A DNA stretch of 64,000 bases from an uncultured bacterium (GTDB taxonomy: Bacteria > Patescibacteriota > Microgenomatia > Levybacterales > UBA12049): contig CAWGXL010000011.1 in the NCBI GenBank assembly GCA_963826535.1, positions 803,521 to 867,520 on the forward strand, written 5' to 3'. Under the pieces are notes generated by a model. That model saw only the letters and a list, made by a program, of their open reading frames with translations. It was not told the origin of the DNA and did not search any database. A program made the translations under genes and the position numbers. Within the stretch, counting starts at the first letter, position 1. Every line of letters begins with the position of its first letter. This document shows positions 47,077 to 55,891 of the stretch, one piece after another.

Positions 47077-47883
47077 TTATTCTTTTTGGGCAACTTGTTT
47101 AAGTATCTGTCTAAAATCGCTAAATATATTATTCTCACCAAATCCACTAGGGCCTTCAGCAACACCTAGTACTTTTCCTTCATTATCTACCAAAGGCCCA
47201 CCACTATTGCCTCGTGTAATTTTTCCATTATAGTAAAAATATAGATCTTCTATCTCATTTACCGTTTGTATTTCCAAAGCATGCATGTAAGTATTGTATA
47301 TAAGAGGCTTGTTAGGAAAGGCATTTCCTATACTAATTAAGGGTCTTTGAGATTCAACCCAAGCATGTTTAAATGCACCAGGAAATCCTATGGCTGCAGT
47401 ATTTTGGGTTACATTATGTAGCAAACTCTTTTCAGATATTTCAACTCCTTCATTGCCGCCTTCAAATGGAAATATAGCTGCATCAGTAGATCGCAGACCT
47501 TTAGATATAGCTGTAATGCTATCATAAAGCAAATCAGGATTTTTCATCACCCCTTCTTTTATCTCTCCTTTACTATCTCTGTAGTGATATTTAAGTGACG
47601 TTTCAGGATGAGCTAACATTTCACCAATCACATGTGTTGCTGTTACTAAATATTTATTCCCCTCATAGGAAATGATTACTCCACTGCCACCAGGTTCTGA
47701 AGGGTTTTCACTTACAAGTACGGTTGCATTAACAGCTTGTTGTAATTCTGGAATAACACCTTGTTCAGATTTAAAATAGATAATTCTATCTAAAGGTGTA
47801 GGATTTTGGAATGTTGCTGTGTCTAATGATCTCCTTACCTCAGAAGTTTGTCTATATAGAGCTTCTACAGCATTTGAAACCAT
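47077..47883 (-). CDS. trypsin-like serine protease (paralog 2)
   Basis: Same motifs; start at ATG 47883 by analogy with paralog 1. Confidence 0.88.
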   Translation of the reverse strand: MVSNAVEALYRQTSEVRRSLDTATFQNPTPLDRIIYFKSEQGVIPELQQAVNATVLVSENPSEPGGSGVIISYEGNKYLVTATHVIGEMLAHPETSLKYHYRDSKGEIKEGVMKNPDLLYDSITAISKGLRSTDAAIFPFEGGNEGVEISEKSLLHNVTQNTAAIGFPGAFKHAWVESQRPLISIGNAFPNKPLIYNTYMHALEIQTVNEIEDLYFYYNGKITRGNSGGPLVDNEGKVLGVAEGPSGFGENNIFSDFRQILKQVAQKE

Positions 47884-47990
47884 ATTTATTATTAGTGTAG
47901 CAAAAAAGTTTTGTAAATCAAGCTCATTTATTAAGATTGGCATTAACTAAGGAGAGGGTGGTTTGTATGAAATTTTGAGTGAGGGGAATA

Positions 47991-49109
47991 TTAAATTTCT
48001 ATAAGGTTTTTGGGGGATTTGGTTAGTTGGATAAGTTTATTGTTTTGGATTGTAAAGAGGTCTTCGGTGCGGACGCCGAATTTATCAGGCAGGTAAATTC
48101 CCGGCTCTATTGAGAAGACCATTCCATTTTGGAGTTTATCTTTTGATTTTGGTGAGAGTCTGGGGGCTTCGTGGACTTCAAGGCCAATCCCGTGTCCGAG
48201 TCCGTGGGGGTAGGCAGGATAACCCTTGGAAACTATATAAAATCTTGCAGCATTATCTAAATCTAGTGTTTTTATTACTCTAGATTGTTTTATTGTTTCA
48301 TTGTTATATTGTTCAATTGCTTTTTGTTGGGAGGCGAGGACGGTTTCATAGATACGTTTTTTTTCAGGTGAAACTTTTCCGAAATGTATTGTCCGCGTCA
48401 TGTCGGAGCAGTAATTTTCGTATTTTACGCCAAAGTCTAGAAGTATAAATTCGTTGTTTTTTAATTTGCGGGTTCCTGTTTTGTGGTGGGGAATGGCGGC
48501 GTTTTCTTCGAATGCAAGGATTGTCGCGAATGAAATGTCGGAACCTTGTTTTCTTATGAAATGTTCGAGCTCAAAAGCAATATCTTTTTCTGCCATTCCG
48601 ACTTTTATAAAGGACAGGATATGAGTGAAAGCCTTATCGCCAATCTGACATGCTTTTTTAATTTTTTTTATTTCTTTTTGAACTTTGATTATTCTGAGTG
48701 ACGATAGGTCGATGTGATTAATTTTTTTAATTAATTTTTTATTATTATTTAGGCGAGATAAAATTTTTTCATGCTCGTATACAGTGAGGTTATGTGCGTC
48801 AATTCCGAGGGACTTAATATTTTCTTGCTTTAAAATTTTTTCTAATTCTAATATTTTTTCATGACTTGTTGTTTCAGAACCTACTAAAAGTTTGAAGTCT
48901 TTAACATGTTTTTTTACAGCGTGCACGTACCTTCCATCGGTAATTATATAATTGTTATTTTTTGTAATAAGCAGAAAAGCTTCTCTTTCCATGTTTGAGA
49001 AATAAGAGAAATCTGTTAGATAGATAATATCTGGGACAGAGGAGATGAGGGCCGCGTCTAAAGACTTAGTAGAAAGTAATTTTTTAAATTTTGATAGACG
49101 AGTGTTCAT
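47991..49109 (-). CDS. Xaa-Pro aminopeptidase (M24B)
   Basis: TDGRY, PHH, DFG...YCSDMTRT, HGLGHGIGLEVHE, SIEPGIY. Confidence 0.93.
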   Translation of the reverse strand: MNTRLSKFKKLLSTKSLDAALISSVPDIIYLTDFSYFSNMEREAFLLITKNNNYIITDGRYVHAVKKHVKDFKLLVGSETTSHEKILELEKILKQENIKSLGIDAHNLTVYEHEKILSRLNNNKKLIKKINHIDLSSLRIIKVQKEIKKIKKACQIGDKAFTHILSFIKVGMAEKDIAFELEHFIRKQGSDISFATILAFEENAAIPHHKTGTRKLKNNEFILLDFGVKYENYCSDMTRTIHFGKVSPEKKRIYETVLASQQKAIEQYNNETIKQSRVIKTLDLDNAARFYIVSKGYPAYPHGLGHGIGLEVHEAPRLSPKSKDKLQNGMVFSIEPGIYLPDKFGVRTEDLFTIQNNKLIQLTKSPKNLIEI

Positions 49110-50011
49110 TGTTTATATATTTTCAGAAAATTTTCCACTGCTTCGGCGGACATGGCTTCGTCGGCTTCTTTGGAGAAGCCGCCGATGTGGGGAGTTAGAA
49201 TAACGTTGGGAAGTCCAAGAAATTCTTTTTTGAAATTTGGTTCATTTTCAAAGGTGTCTAGTGCGGCGCCGTTTATGTCCCCGTTTTTTAGCGATTTAAT
49301 GAGATCTTCCTCATCGATAATGCCGCCGCGAGAGGTGTTGATAATACACGCACTTTTTTTGATTAAGGCAAGTTTTTCTTTATTAATTAAGCCGCGAGTT
49401 TCGGAATTTAGGGGGAGGTGGAGAGTAATAATATCAGAATTTTTCAATACTTCATCAAGTTCGCATTTGCGCGCGCGGCGCTCTTTTAAAGTTTTTTCGT
49501 CAAGGTATGGATCGTAGGCAATTATTTCTTTGATGCCAAAAGCGATTAGTTTTTCTATAGTTAATTTGCCGATCGCACCGCAACCTAAAAAGCCTATGGT
49601 TTTATTTTTTAGTTCGGAGCCTATTTTTTCTTGGCTTCGCCAGCTACCTTTTATCAGTAAGTCCATTTGTAGCGGAATTTTCCTGATCAGCAAAATCATA
49701 AAACAGACGACAAGTTCGGATACCGCGTTCGCATTTGAACCGGGGCTACTTATGACTTTTATCCCTCTTTTTTCGCAAGCTTTTATGTCAATATTTTCCA
49801 GTCCTACGCCTGCACGGAGAATATATTTTAGGTTGGGGTATTCATCGAGTAAAGTAGAAGTAACTTGTGTATAAGTTCGAATGAAAAATGCTCCGATTTC
49901 TTTTTTATTTCCTGCGTTTCGTATTTCTGTTTGTAACGTAAAGCCATTCTTTTTTAACAAAACTAGCGCCTTTGGATGGATTTCCGGGTCTTCGAAAATT
50001 AGGAATTTCAT
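49106..50011 (-). CDS. D-2-hydroxyacid dehydrogenase (SerA-like)
   Basis: RAGVGLENID, NANAVSE, GCGAIG, INTSRG, TPHIG. Confidence 0.9.
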   Translation of the reverse strand: MKFLIFEDPEIHPKALVLLKKNGFTLQTEIRNAGNKKEIGAFFIRTYTQVTSTLLDEYPNLKYILRAGVGLENIDIKACEKRGIKVISSPGSNANAVSELVVCFMILLIRKIPLQMDLLIKGSWRSQEKIGSELKNKTIGFLGCGAIGKLTIEKLIAFGIKEIIAYDPYLDEKTLKERRARKCELDEVLKNSDIITLHLPLNSETRGLINKEKLALIKKSACIINTSRGGIIDEEDLIKSLKNGDINGAALDTFENEPNFKKEFLGLPNVILTPHIGGFSKEADEAMSAEAVENFLKIYKQ

Positions 50012-50017
50012 ATGAAT

Positions 50018-50857
50018 TTATTCTATTGCGGGTTTAGTGGGAGTAATTTTTTTAGTAATATTTGGCGATGGAGATAAATCTTCAGTTATGGTTGGTTCGG
50101 GAATAATTATTTTCGGATTTGTGGGTAGTTCGGCTAGATCCAGAATTCGGCTGGCGACGAGAAGAGCAGGATCAATTTTATCCGGGAAACCTGTAACCAT
50201 GACCCTATCGCCAATATTTAATTTTGAAAAACCAAATTTGGTAACACCATCATCTTTGGTATATGAAGAGATATTTGTTATGGTTTGGATATCAACTTTT
50301 GTTTGTTTTTTATTATCGGAAATTACTGTAATAGTGAAATTTTTACTATCCAGCTCGGCAATCCGGCCTGAAAGATATGTTGGCGTGATTAGAGAATCAA
50401 TAAATCTAGCAAGGATTCTTTGGGATTGCTTATTGTAAAGGCCCAGGACGCTGATTTTTGTACCTTTTACTAGGTCAGATAATCCAAAGCTACTTTTTGC
50501 CGAAGGAGAGGAAAATTTGGTTATTTCATCCACATCTAAAAATCTGGTTTTTCCTGTCATATCGGTGAAAGTGACTTGGTTGCCAGAGGAATCGGTAACA
50601 TTGCCAATAATTCCTCTTTTTTCAACAAGATTTAATTCTGCTACACGTGAGGCGATGCGATCTTTGAGTTGATTTATCTGTTTGTTTAATTTTTCTCCTA
50701 CAATATTTTGGGTGGAAGATGAAGTCGCGGATGGGGCGGTCGTTGCTTGAATTTGCGCAGTTTTTTTGGTTGGGACTGGAGTAGCGGCTATTATTGGACT
50801 AACAATTAGATTTATTAAAAGTATTGCTGATAAAAATGCGAAAAATAATTTTTTCAT
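50018..50857 (-). CDS. secreted protein with two OB-like repeats
   Basis: Signal peptide; repeated pattern ...LVKGTKISVLG / LNIGDRVMVTG. Confidence 0.65.
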   Translation of the reverse strand: MKKLFFAFLSAILLINLIVSPIIAATPVPTKKTAQIQATTAPSATSSSTQNIVGEKLNKQINQLKDRIASRVAELNLVEKRGIIGNVTDSSGNQVTFTDMTGKTRFLDVDEITKFSSPSAKSSFGLSDLVKGTKISVLGLYNKQSQRILARFIDSLITPTYLSGRIAELDSKNFTITVISDNKKQTKVDIQTITNISSYTKDDGVTKFGFSKLNIGDRVMVTGFPDKIDPALLVASRILDLAELPTNPKIIIPEPTITEDLSPSPNITKKITPTKPAIE

Positions 50858-50864
50858 ATTTTAC

Positions 50865-51299
50865 TTAAAAATTTTCTGTTGAGTAGGTTACTGTCCTTAT
50901 TACTTTCTTTTCTTCACCGTCCGGAAACACAGCAGTAATTTGAATCATATTTGTTCCATCACTTATCGTATCACTTAAAGTAAAGTCCCCATTGGATGCA
51001 GGGACTACAACTTGATCACTGGTTTCAGTGGAGACTATTATTGTAGCTTTGGGGCTTGTTTTTCCAGTTATAGTGATTGTTTTGGTATTTACGACTGATT
51101 CATCTTTTGGGTTTTCAACAGTTAAGAAATTTTCATTATTGGGTGTGGGTGTTGGAGTAATTTGGGTTTTGACGGTAAGTGGTTGGTTTTTTGCCAGGGG
51201 AACTGTTTTTGTCATTTGATAGAGGTAAAATGCCACTCCGGCAGCAATCAGACCTACGATTACCGCAACTAATGATAAGATAACTTTTTCCGCTTTCAT
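50865..51299 (-). CDS. membrane-anchored Ig-like domain protein
   Basis: TM, PTPTP linker, ITITGKT...NGDF...GTNMIQITA. Confidence 0.7.
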   Translation of the reverse strand: MKAEKVILSLVAVIVGLIAAGVAFYLYQMTKTVPLAKNQPLTVKTQITPTPTPNNENFLTVENPKDESVVNTKTITITGKTSPKATIIVSTETSDQVVVPASNGDFTLSDTISDGTNMIQITAVFPDGEEKKVIRTVTYSTENF

Positions 51300-51393
51300 A
51301 AGATTCTATATAAAGATGAGGCAAGTACGGCTTCATAATACGATAAAAGCAACCTCTTGTCAATATTGGCGCGCATATGCTAGGATGGGGTAC

Positions 51394-51921
51394 ATGGAAA
51401 TTGCTCTTCTCCCTAAAGACTCATTAAGAATAAAGGGGAAACGCGCGTCTTTCGCTGTGGATCCTCCCTCCTCGGAGGGCAAGCAAGATAAAAATCCGTA
51501 CTCTGCGGCAATTGTTTTAACACGATCAATTGATCAGTTACAAATCCAGCATGATGCTGTTGTTATTAATGGTCCAGGTGAATACGAGATTGGAGGAATA
51601 AAAATGAACTCCAGTAGCAGTGAAGAGGATATTATTTATAATCCGAATGTGGATGGGGTGGACATTCTTTTGGGAAAACTTACATCCATTGAGAAAATGC
51701 AGCATAAGTTAAAAGAACAACATATTATTTTAGTGTATGTTGATTCAATATCAAACGTTTCATTTGTAAATTCTCTTGCCTCTAATGTGGTTATATTTTA
51801 TGGAGAACTTGCCTCTAAACTTGTTGAGTCGTTGGGGAAAGGAAATGTTGCCACTATGTCGAAATATTCAGTTACACTTGATAAGCTTCCTCAGGAAGTT
51901 GTGACAGTGATACTTGAATAA
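51394..51921 (+). CDS. metallo-beta-lactamase-fold-like protein (metal motif not evident)
   Basis: SLRIKGK...DP and INGPGEYEIGG; no HxHxDH. Confidence 0.6.
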   Translation: MEIALLPKDSLRIKGKRASFAVDPPSSEGKQDKNPYSAAIVLTRSIDQLQIQHDAVVINGPGEYEIGGIKMNSSSSEEDIIYNPNVDGVDILLGKLTSIEKMQHKLKEQHIILVYVDSISNVSFVNSLASNVVIFYGELASKLVESLGKGNVATMSKYSVTLDKLPQEVVTVILE

Positions 51922-51922
51922 T

Positions 51923-52056
51923 AAATTCAAAATTCAAAGCACCAAATTCCAAATAATATCAAAATTCAAATAATTAAATCCAAAACGTTTTTAATTTAGA
52001 ATTTTGATATTGGGATTTATTTGTGATTTGTTATTTTGGATTTGGAATTTGATTTT
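51923..52056. repeat. 7-mer-periodic imperfect palindrome upstream of dnaB
   Basis: AATTCAA AATTCAA AGCACCA AATTCCA ... CAAAACGTTTT ... TTTTGGA TTTGGAA. Confidence 0.85.
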
Positions 52057-52060
52057 TATT

Positions 52061-53380
52061 ATGGCTATACGCACCCTTCCGCATAATGATACTGTAGAGC
52101 AGAATATTCTAGGCGCAATACTAATTGATAAAGACGCCATTATTTCGGTGTCGGAAATTCTTCTCCCAAAAGATTTCTATAGCGATATGAACGGTATTAT
52201 TTATGAGGCAATGCTTGTCTTGTATGAGCAGCGTGCGCCTATTGATCTTCTTACTTTAACTGAGGCACTTAAAAAGAAAAAACAACTTAAAAAAGTGGAT
52301 TCGGGATATTTAACCGACTTAGTTGAAAAAGTGATGACTGCAGTAAATGTGGAATCATATGCGAAAATTGTGAAAGAGAATGCCACAAAGCGAAATCTTA
52401 TTCATGCCGGAAATGAGGTAGCAGAGCTTGGGTATGCTGAGGAGAAGGAAGTGAAGGAGATTTTGGATAGGGCAGAAGGAGCAATTTTTTCCATTTCTCA
52501 AGGACATATGAAGGGCGGGTTTGTGCCGATTAAGTCTGCACTTACTGAGAGCTTTGACAGGATTGATGAGCTGCATAGAAAAGGGGAAGGAATGAGAGGT
52601 GTCAGAACCGGTTTTATTGATTTGGATAATATTCTGTCGGGAATGCAGAAGTCAAATCTTTTGATTTTGGCTGCCAGACCGGGACAGGGCAAGACAGCGC
52701 TTGTTTTAAATATTGCACAACATATTGCATTAAAAGACAAATTACCAGTCGGGATTTTTTCTTTGGAAATGAGTAAGGAGGAGCTTGTTGACAGGTTTCT
52801 AATCTCACAATCAGATGTGGATGCTTGGCGTCTGAAGACAGGACGTTTGTCGGAGGACGATTTTACTAAAATATCTCAAGCAATGGGGGAGTTGGCAGAA
52901 GCGCCTCTTTTTATTGATGATACACCCGGGCTTACAATTGTTGAGATGCGCAGTAAGGCACGAAGGTTGCAGATGGAGCACAATTTGGGTCTTTTGGTGG
53001 TTGATTATTTGCAGCTCGTCGATCCGGGTCGTAGATATGATAATAGAGTACAGGAAGTGTCGATGGTTTCGCAGGCTTTGAAGAATTTGGCGAGGGAGTT
53101 GAATGTACCGGTTCTTGCGGCTTCGCAGCTATCGCGGGCTGTTGAACATAGAGGGGAGAGACGGCCGCAACTCGCTGATTTGAGGGAGTCAGGTGCAATT
53201 GAGCAGGATGCTGATGTGGTGATGTTTATTTACCGGCCGGATAGTGAAGTGAGACAAGGGCAAATCCCGATAAAGATGCTTATTGCCAAGCATAGGAATG
53301 GTCCGACGGGGGAGATAGATATGTTGTTTTTTGGAAATAGGATTAGGTTTGGAAGTGTTGAGAGAGCTAGACAGGAGTGA
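52061..53380 (+). CDS. dnaB: replicative DNA helicase
   Basis: AARPGQGKT, FSLEMS, VDYLQL, SQLSR, DLRESGAIEQDAD, KHRNGPTG. Confidence 0.97.
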   Translation: MAIRTLPHNDTVEQNILGAILIDKDAIISVSEILLPKDFYSDMNGIIYEAMLVLYEQRAPIDLLTLTEALKKKKQLKKVDSGYLTDLVEKVMTAVNVESYAKIVKENATKRNLIHAGNEVAELGYAEEKEVKEILDRAEGAIFSISQGHMKGGFVPIKSALTESFDRIDELHRKGEGMRGVRTGFIDLDNILSGMQKSNLLILAARPGQGKTALVLNIAQHIALKDKLPVGIFSLEMSKEELVDRFLISQSDVDAWRLKTGRLSEDDFTKISQAMGELAEAPLFIDDTPGLTIVEMRSKARRLQMEHNLGLLVVDYLQLVDPGRRYDNRVQEVSMVSQALKNLARELNVPVLAASQLSRAVEHRGERRPQLADLRESGAIEQDADVVMFIYRPDSEVRQGQIPIKMLIAKHRNGPTGEIDMLFFGNRIRFGSVERARQE

Positions 53381-53770
53381 ACTTTATTAAATTAAAATTT
53401 ATTAAGAGGTATCACTGATAATTATACTAAGGATGAGTAAGTTATTTTTGAGTTTGTTTTTAGTTCGAGATTCATAGCGTTTTTGAGTAGTTTGACAAGT
53501 TTCCCCTCAATTCTGAGATTTTTCATATTCATTAAGTTTTTCAAGATTAAATTTGAGAAGTAAAACATTGTATTTAGTAATAAAAAAGAGTTCTGTAAGT
53601 TGTCTTGGTTTGACAGGATAGTATTCATTATTTCAGTTCATTCGTATATTGCGCATTTTTAAAGTAATTGGTGAGGTATTTACTGATTGACAATTTTTGT
53701 AAAGTTTGCTGTACTTAGTTGTAGAGTTATATAAATCAGTGCTAAAAAGTTCTTGGAAGATAATGATTTT

Positions 53771-55816
53771 ATGAATTTTAAGAAAACAATTCCAAATATT
53801 TATAAAAGTTGGGGTATGTACTTAGTAGTATTAATGTGTCTATTCTTCCTGGCGATTACTTTCTTTACTGTTAACTCACTGCAAAAAGAAAAAACTAATT
53901 ATATAAGTAAGGCTCAATCATCCTTGGTACTTACAGCCTTTCCGGGTGCTGAAGGATTTGGTGCTAAGGCAACGGGCGGACGCGGGGGGGCTGTCATCAA
54001 AGTTACTAATTTGAATACATCCGGAATGGGTAGTTTACAGTGGGCAGTCGATCAACCTGGAGCGCGTGTAATAGTTTTTGGGGTTTCGGGGGTTATTCCC
54101 GGTGATGTTCGTATTTCCCACGGCGATATCACTATTGCCGGCCAAACAGCACCCGGCGCGGGTATTACGATCAACGGGCATCTGTCTACCCAGTATGGAA
54201 CCACGTTTGGCAATATAATCGTTCGTCATATTCGCGTACGACCACCGGGATTATCAGCCAGTTGGCCTGCCGGTCAGCATGACTCTATTCAGTTTTCTAC
54301 GAACAATACTATGATCTTGGATCACGTTGACATGTCCTATGGCGTTGATGAGACGGTGGATATGTGGGGAGGAGCGCGGGATATTACTGTACAGTGGTCA
54401 GCGATCACTTTTCCCGATACAGCGAGTTCGCATAATGTCGGATTCATCAATGGACCGGGAGGAGGCCGAGTTTCTATCCACCACAATCTTTTTGCGCATA
54501 GCAGATCCCGCAATCCGGCGCTTTCAGATGGGCCTTCCGATACGGTCAATAATGTCGTATACAACTTCCGTGAAGGGTTCGTGCACCACAACCCTGTAGC
54601 CGGAGACTTCAACATTATCGGGAACTATTTTAAATCTGGAAGTAATGCAGCAACCTCACCATTATGGTTTGACCCGGAAAATACACCAACCTCGCGGTAT
54701 TTCGTCTCTGATAACTACGTCGATCATCCCGGGAAATTTGTGGGTATTGTCAATAATCCATACACAACAGCCGGCTTTAGCACGTACTCCTTTGCGTGCT
54801 GCGGCATAACCTCTGCTCACTTCAATTATTCTACCGCTTTCGATTACAGTAGTTTTACGGGGTATGCACCCCTTACCGTGAATTCGCCCCAGACGGCCTA
54901 TACTACTGTATTGGATAAAGCAGGTACGTGGCCGCGTGATATTGTAAATCGGTGGGCAGTGGATGATGTTAAGAACCGCACGGGAGTGTGGGGGGCGCGT
55001 CGGCCTGCAAATTTCATGGATGGGTTAAATCCCGGTGTATATCCTGCCGATGTGGACAATGATGGTATAGCGGATAGTTGGGAAGCATCTCACGGCCTCA
55101 GTTCTTCTAATCCTAATGATTATAATTCTCTCCGGCCTTCCGGGTATACGGCGATCGAAGAATACATTAATGAACTGGCTGATTCTTTGACCGGTGCTAC
55201 TACCACACCCCCTCCATCACCAAGCGAACCCACTCCTACCAGCATTACAACCCCTACTTCGACACCATTACCGACATTTACCCCTATCCCTACACCAACA
55301 CCGACTCCCATTTTTACACCAACACCTACTCCTACATCTGTGCCTACTCCAACTCCAACAAAGACTCCGACACCAACTCCCGTCCCCACAGGCAATGGAC
55401 TGACAGGCTTATACTTTCCCAATAGAACCCTAAGCGGTGCACCTACTCTTGCCAGGATTGATCCTGCAGTCAATTTCATTTGGGCAACCGGTGCGCCCTC
55501 TCCCGCTCTTCCCTCCAATAACTTCTCTGTACGCTGGACAGGATATGTAATGCCACAATACTCCCAGCAATATACCTTCTATACTCAAAGCGATGATGGA
55601 GTAAGAGTGTGGGTAAACGGAATAAGGATAATCAATAATTGGACTGATCATGGGTCAACAGAAAATAGCGGAAAAATAAACCTCACAGCCGGAGTAAAAT
55701 ACACAATCAAACTAGAGTACTATGAAAAACAGGGCAATGCTCTTATCCAATTACGCTGGAGCAGTCCCTCCCAAGCAAAAGTTATTATTCTTCAGAGCAG
55801 GTTATATAGTAATTGA
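53771..55816 (+). CDS. membrane-anchored pectate-lyase-like (PL1) protein with PT linker and PA14 domain
   Basis: AFPGAEGFG..ATGGRGG, TIAGQTAPG, HHNLFAH..RNP, NNVVYN; (PT)n linker; GLTGLY, FSVRWTG, SDDGVRVWV. Confidence 0.88.
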   Translation: MNFKKTIPNIYKSWGMYLVVLMCLFFLAITFFTVNSLQKEKTNYISKAQSSLVLTAFPGAEGFGAKATGGRGGAVIKVTNLNTSGMGSLQWAVDQPGARVIVFGVSGVIPGDVRISHGDITIAGQTAPGAGITINGHLSTQYGTTFGNIIVRHIRVRPPGLSASWPAGQHDSIQFSTNNTMILDHVDMSYGVDETVDMWGGARDITVQWSAITFPDTASSHNVGFINGPGGGRVSIHHNLFAHSRSRNPALSDGPSDTVNNVVYNFREGFVHHNPVAGDFNIIGNYFKSGSNAATSPLWFDPENTPTSRYFVSDNYVDHPGKFVGIVNNPYTTAGFSTYSFACCGITSAHFNYSTAFDYSSFTGYAPLTVNSPQTAYTTVLDKAGTWPRDIVNRWAVDDVKNRTGVWGARRPANFMDGLNPGVYPADVDNDGIADSWEASHGLSSSNPNDYNSLRPSGYTAIEEYINELADSLTGATTTPPPSPSEPTPTSITTPTSTPLPTFTPIPTPTPTPIFTPTPTPTSVPTPTPTKTPTPTPVPTGNGLTGLYFPNRTLSGAPTLARIDPAVNFIWATGAPSPALPSNNFSVRWTGYVMPQYSQQYTFYTQSDDGVRVWVNGIRIINNWTDHGSTENSGKINLTAGVKYTIKLEYYEKQGNALIQLRWSSPSQAKVIILQSRLYSN

Positions 55817-55891
55817 ATTAACTAAGCGCAAATTTAATTTGCCGGAATTTACCTCAACAAACACTGATTTCTGCTACAATTAGGGTAGAAA

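Noticed and set aside
53422-53628. 68-aa minus-strand ORF after dnaB
   Set aside because: Low-complexity AT-rich spacer with no supporting signals.
55195-55390. ACACC/ACTCC-rich repeats
   Set aside because: Explained by the Pro-Thr linker codons.
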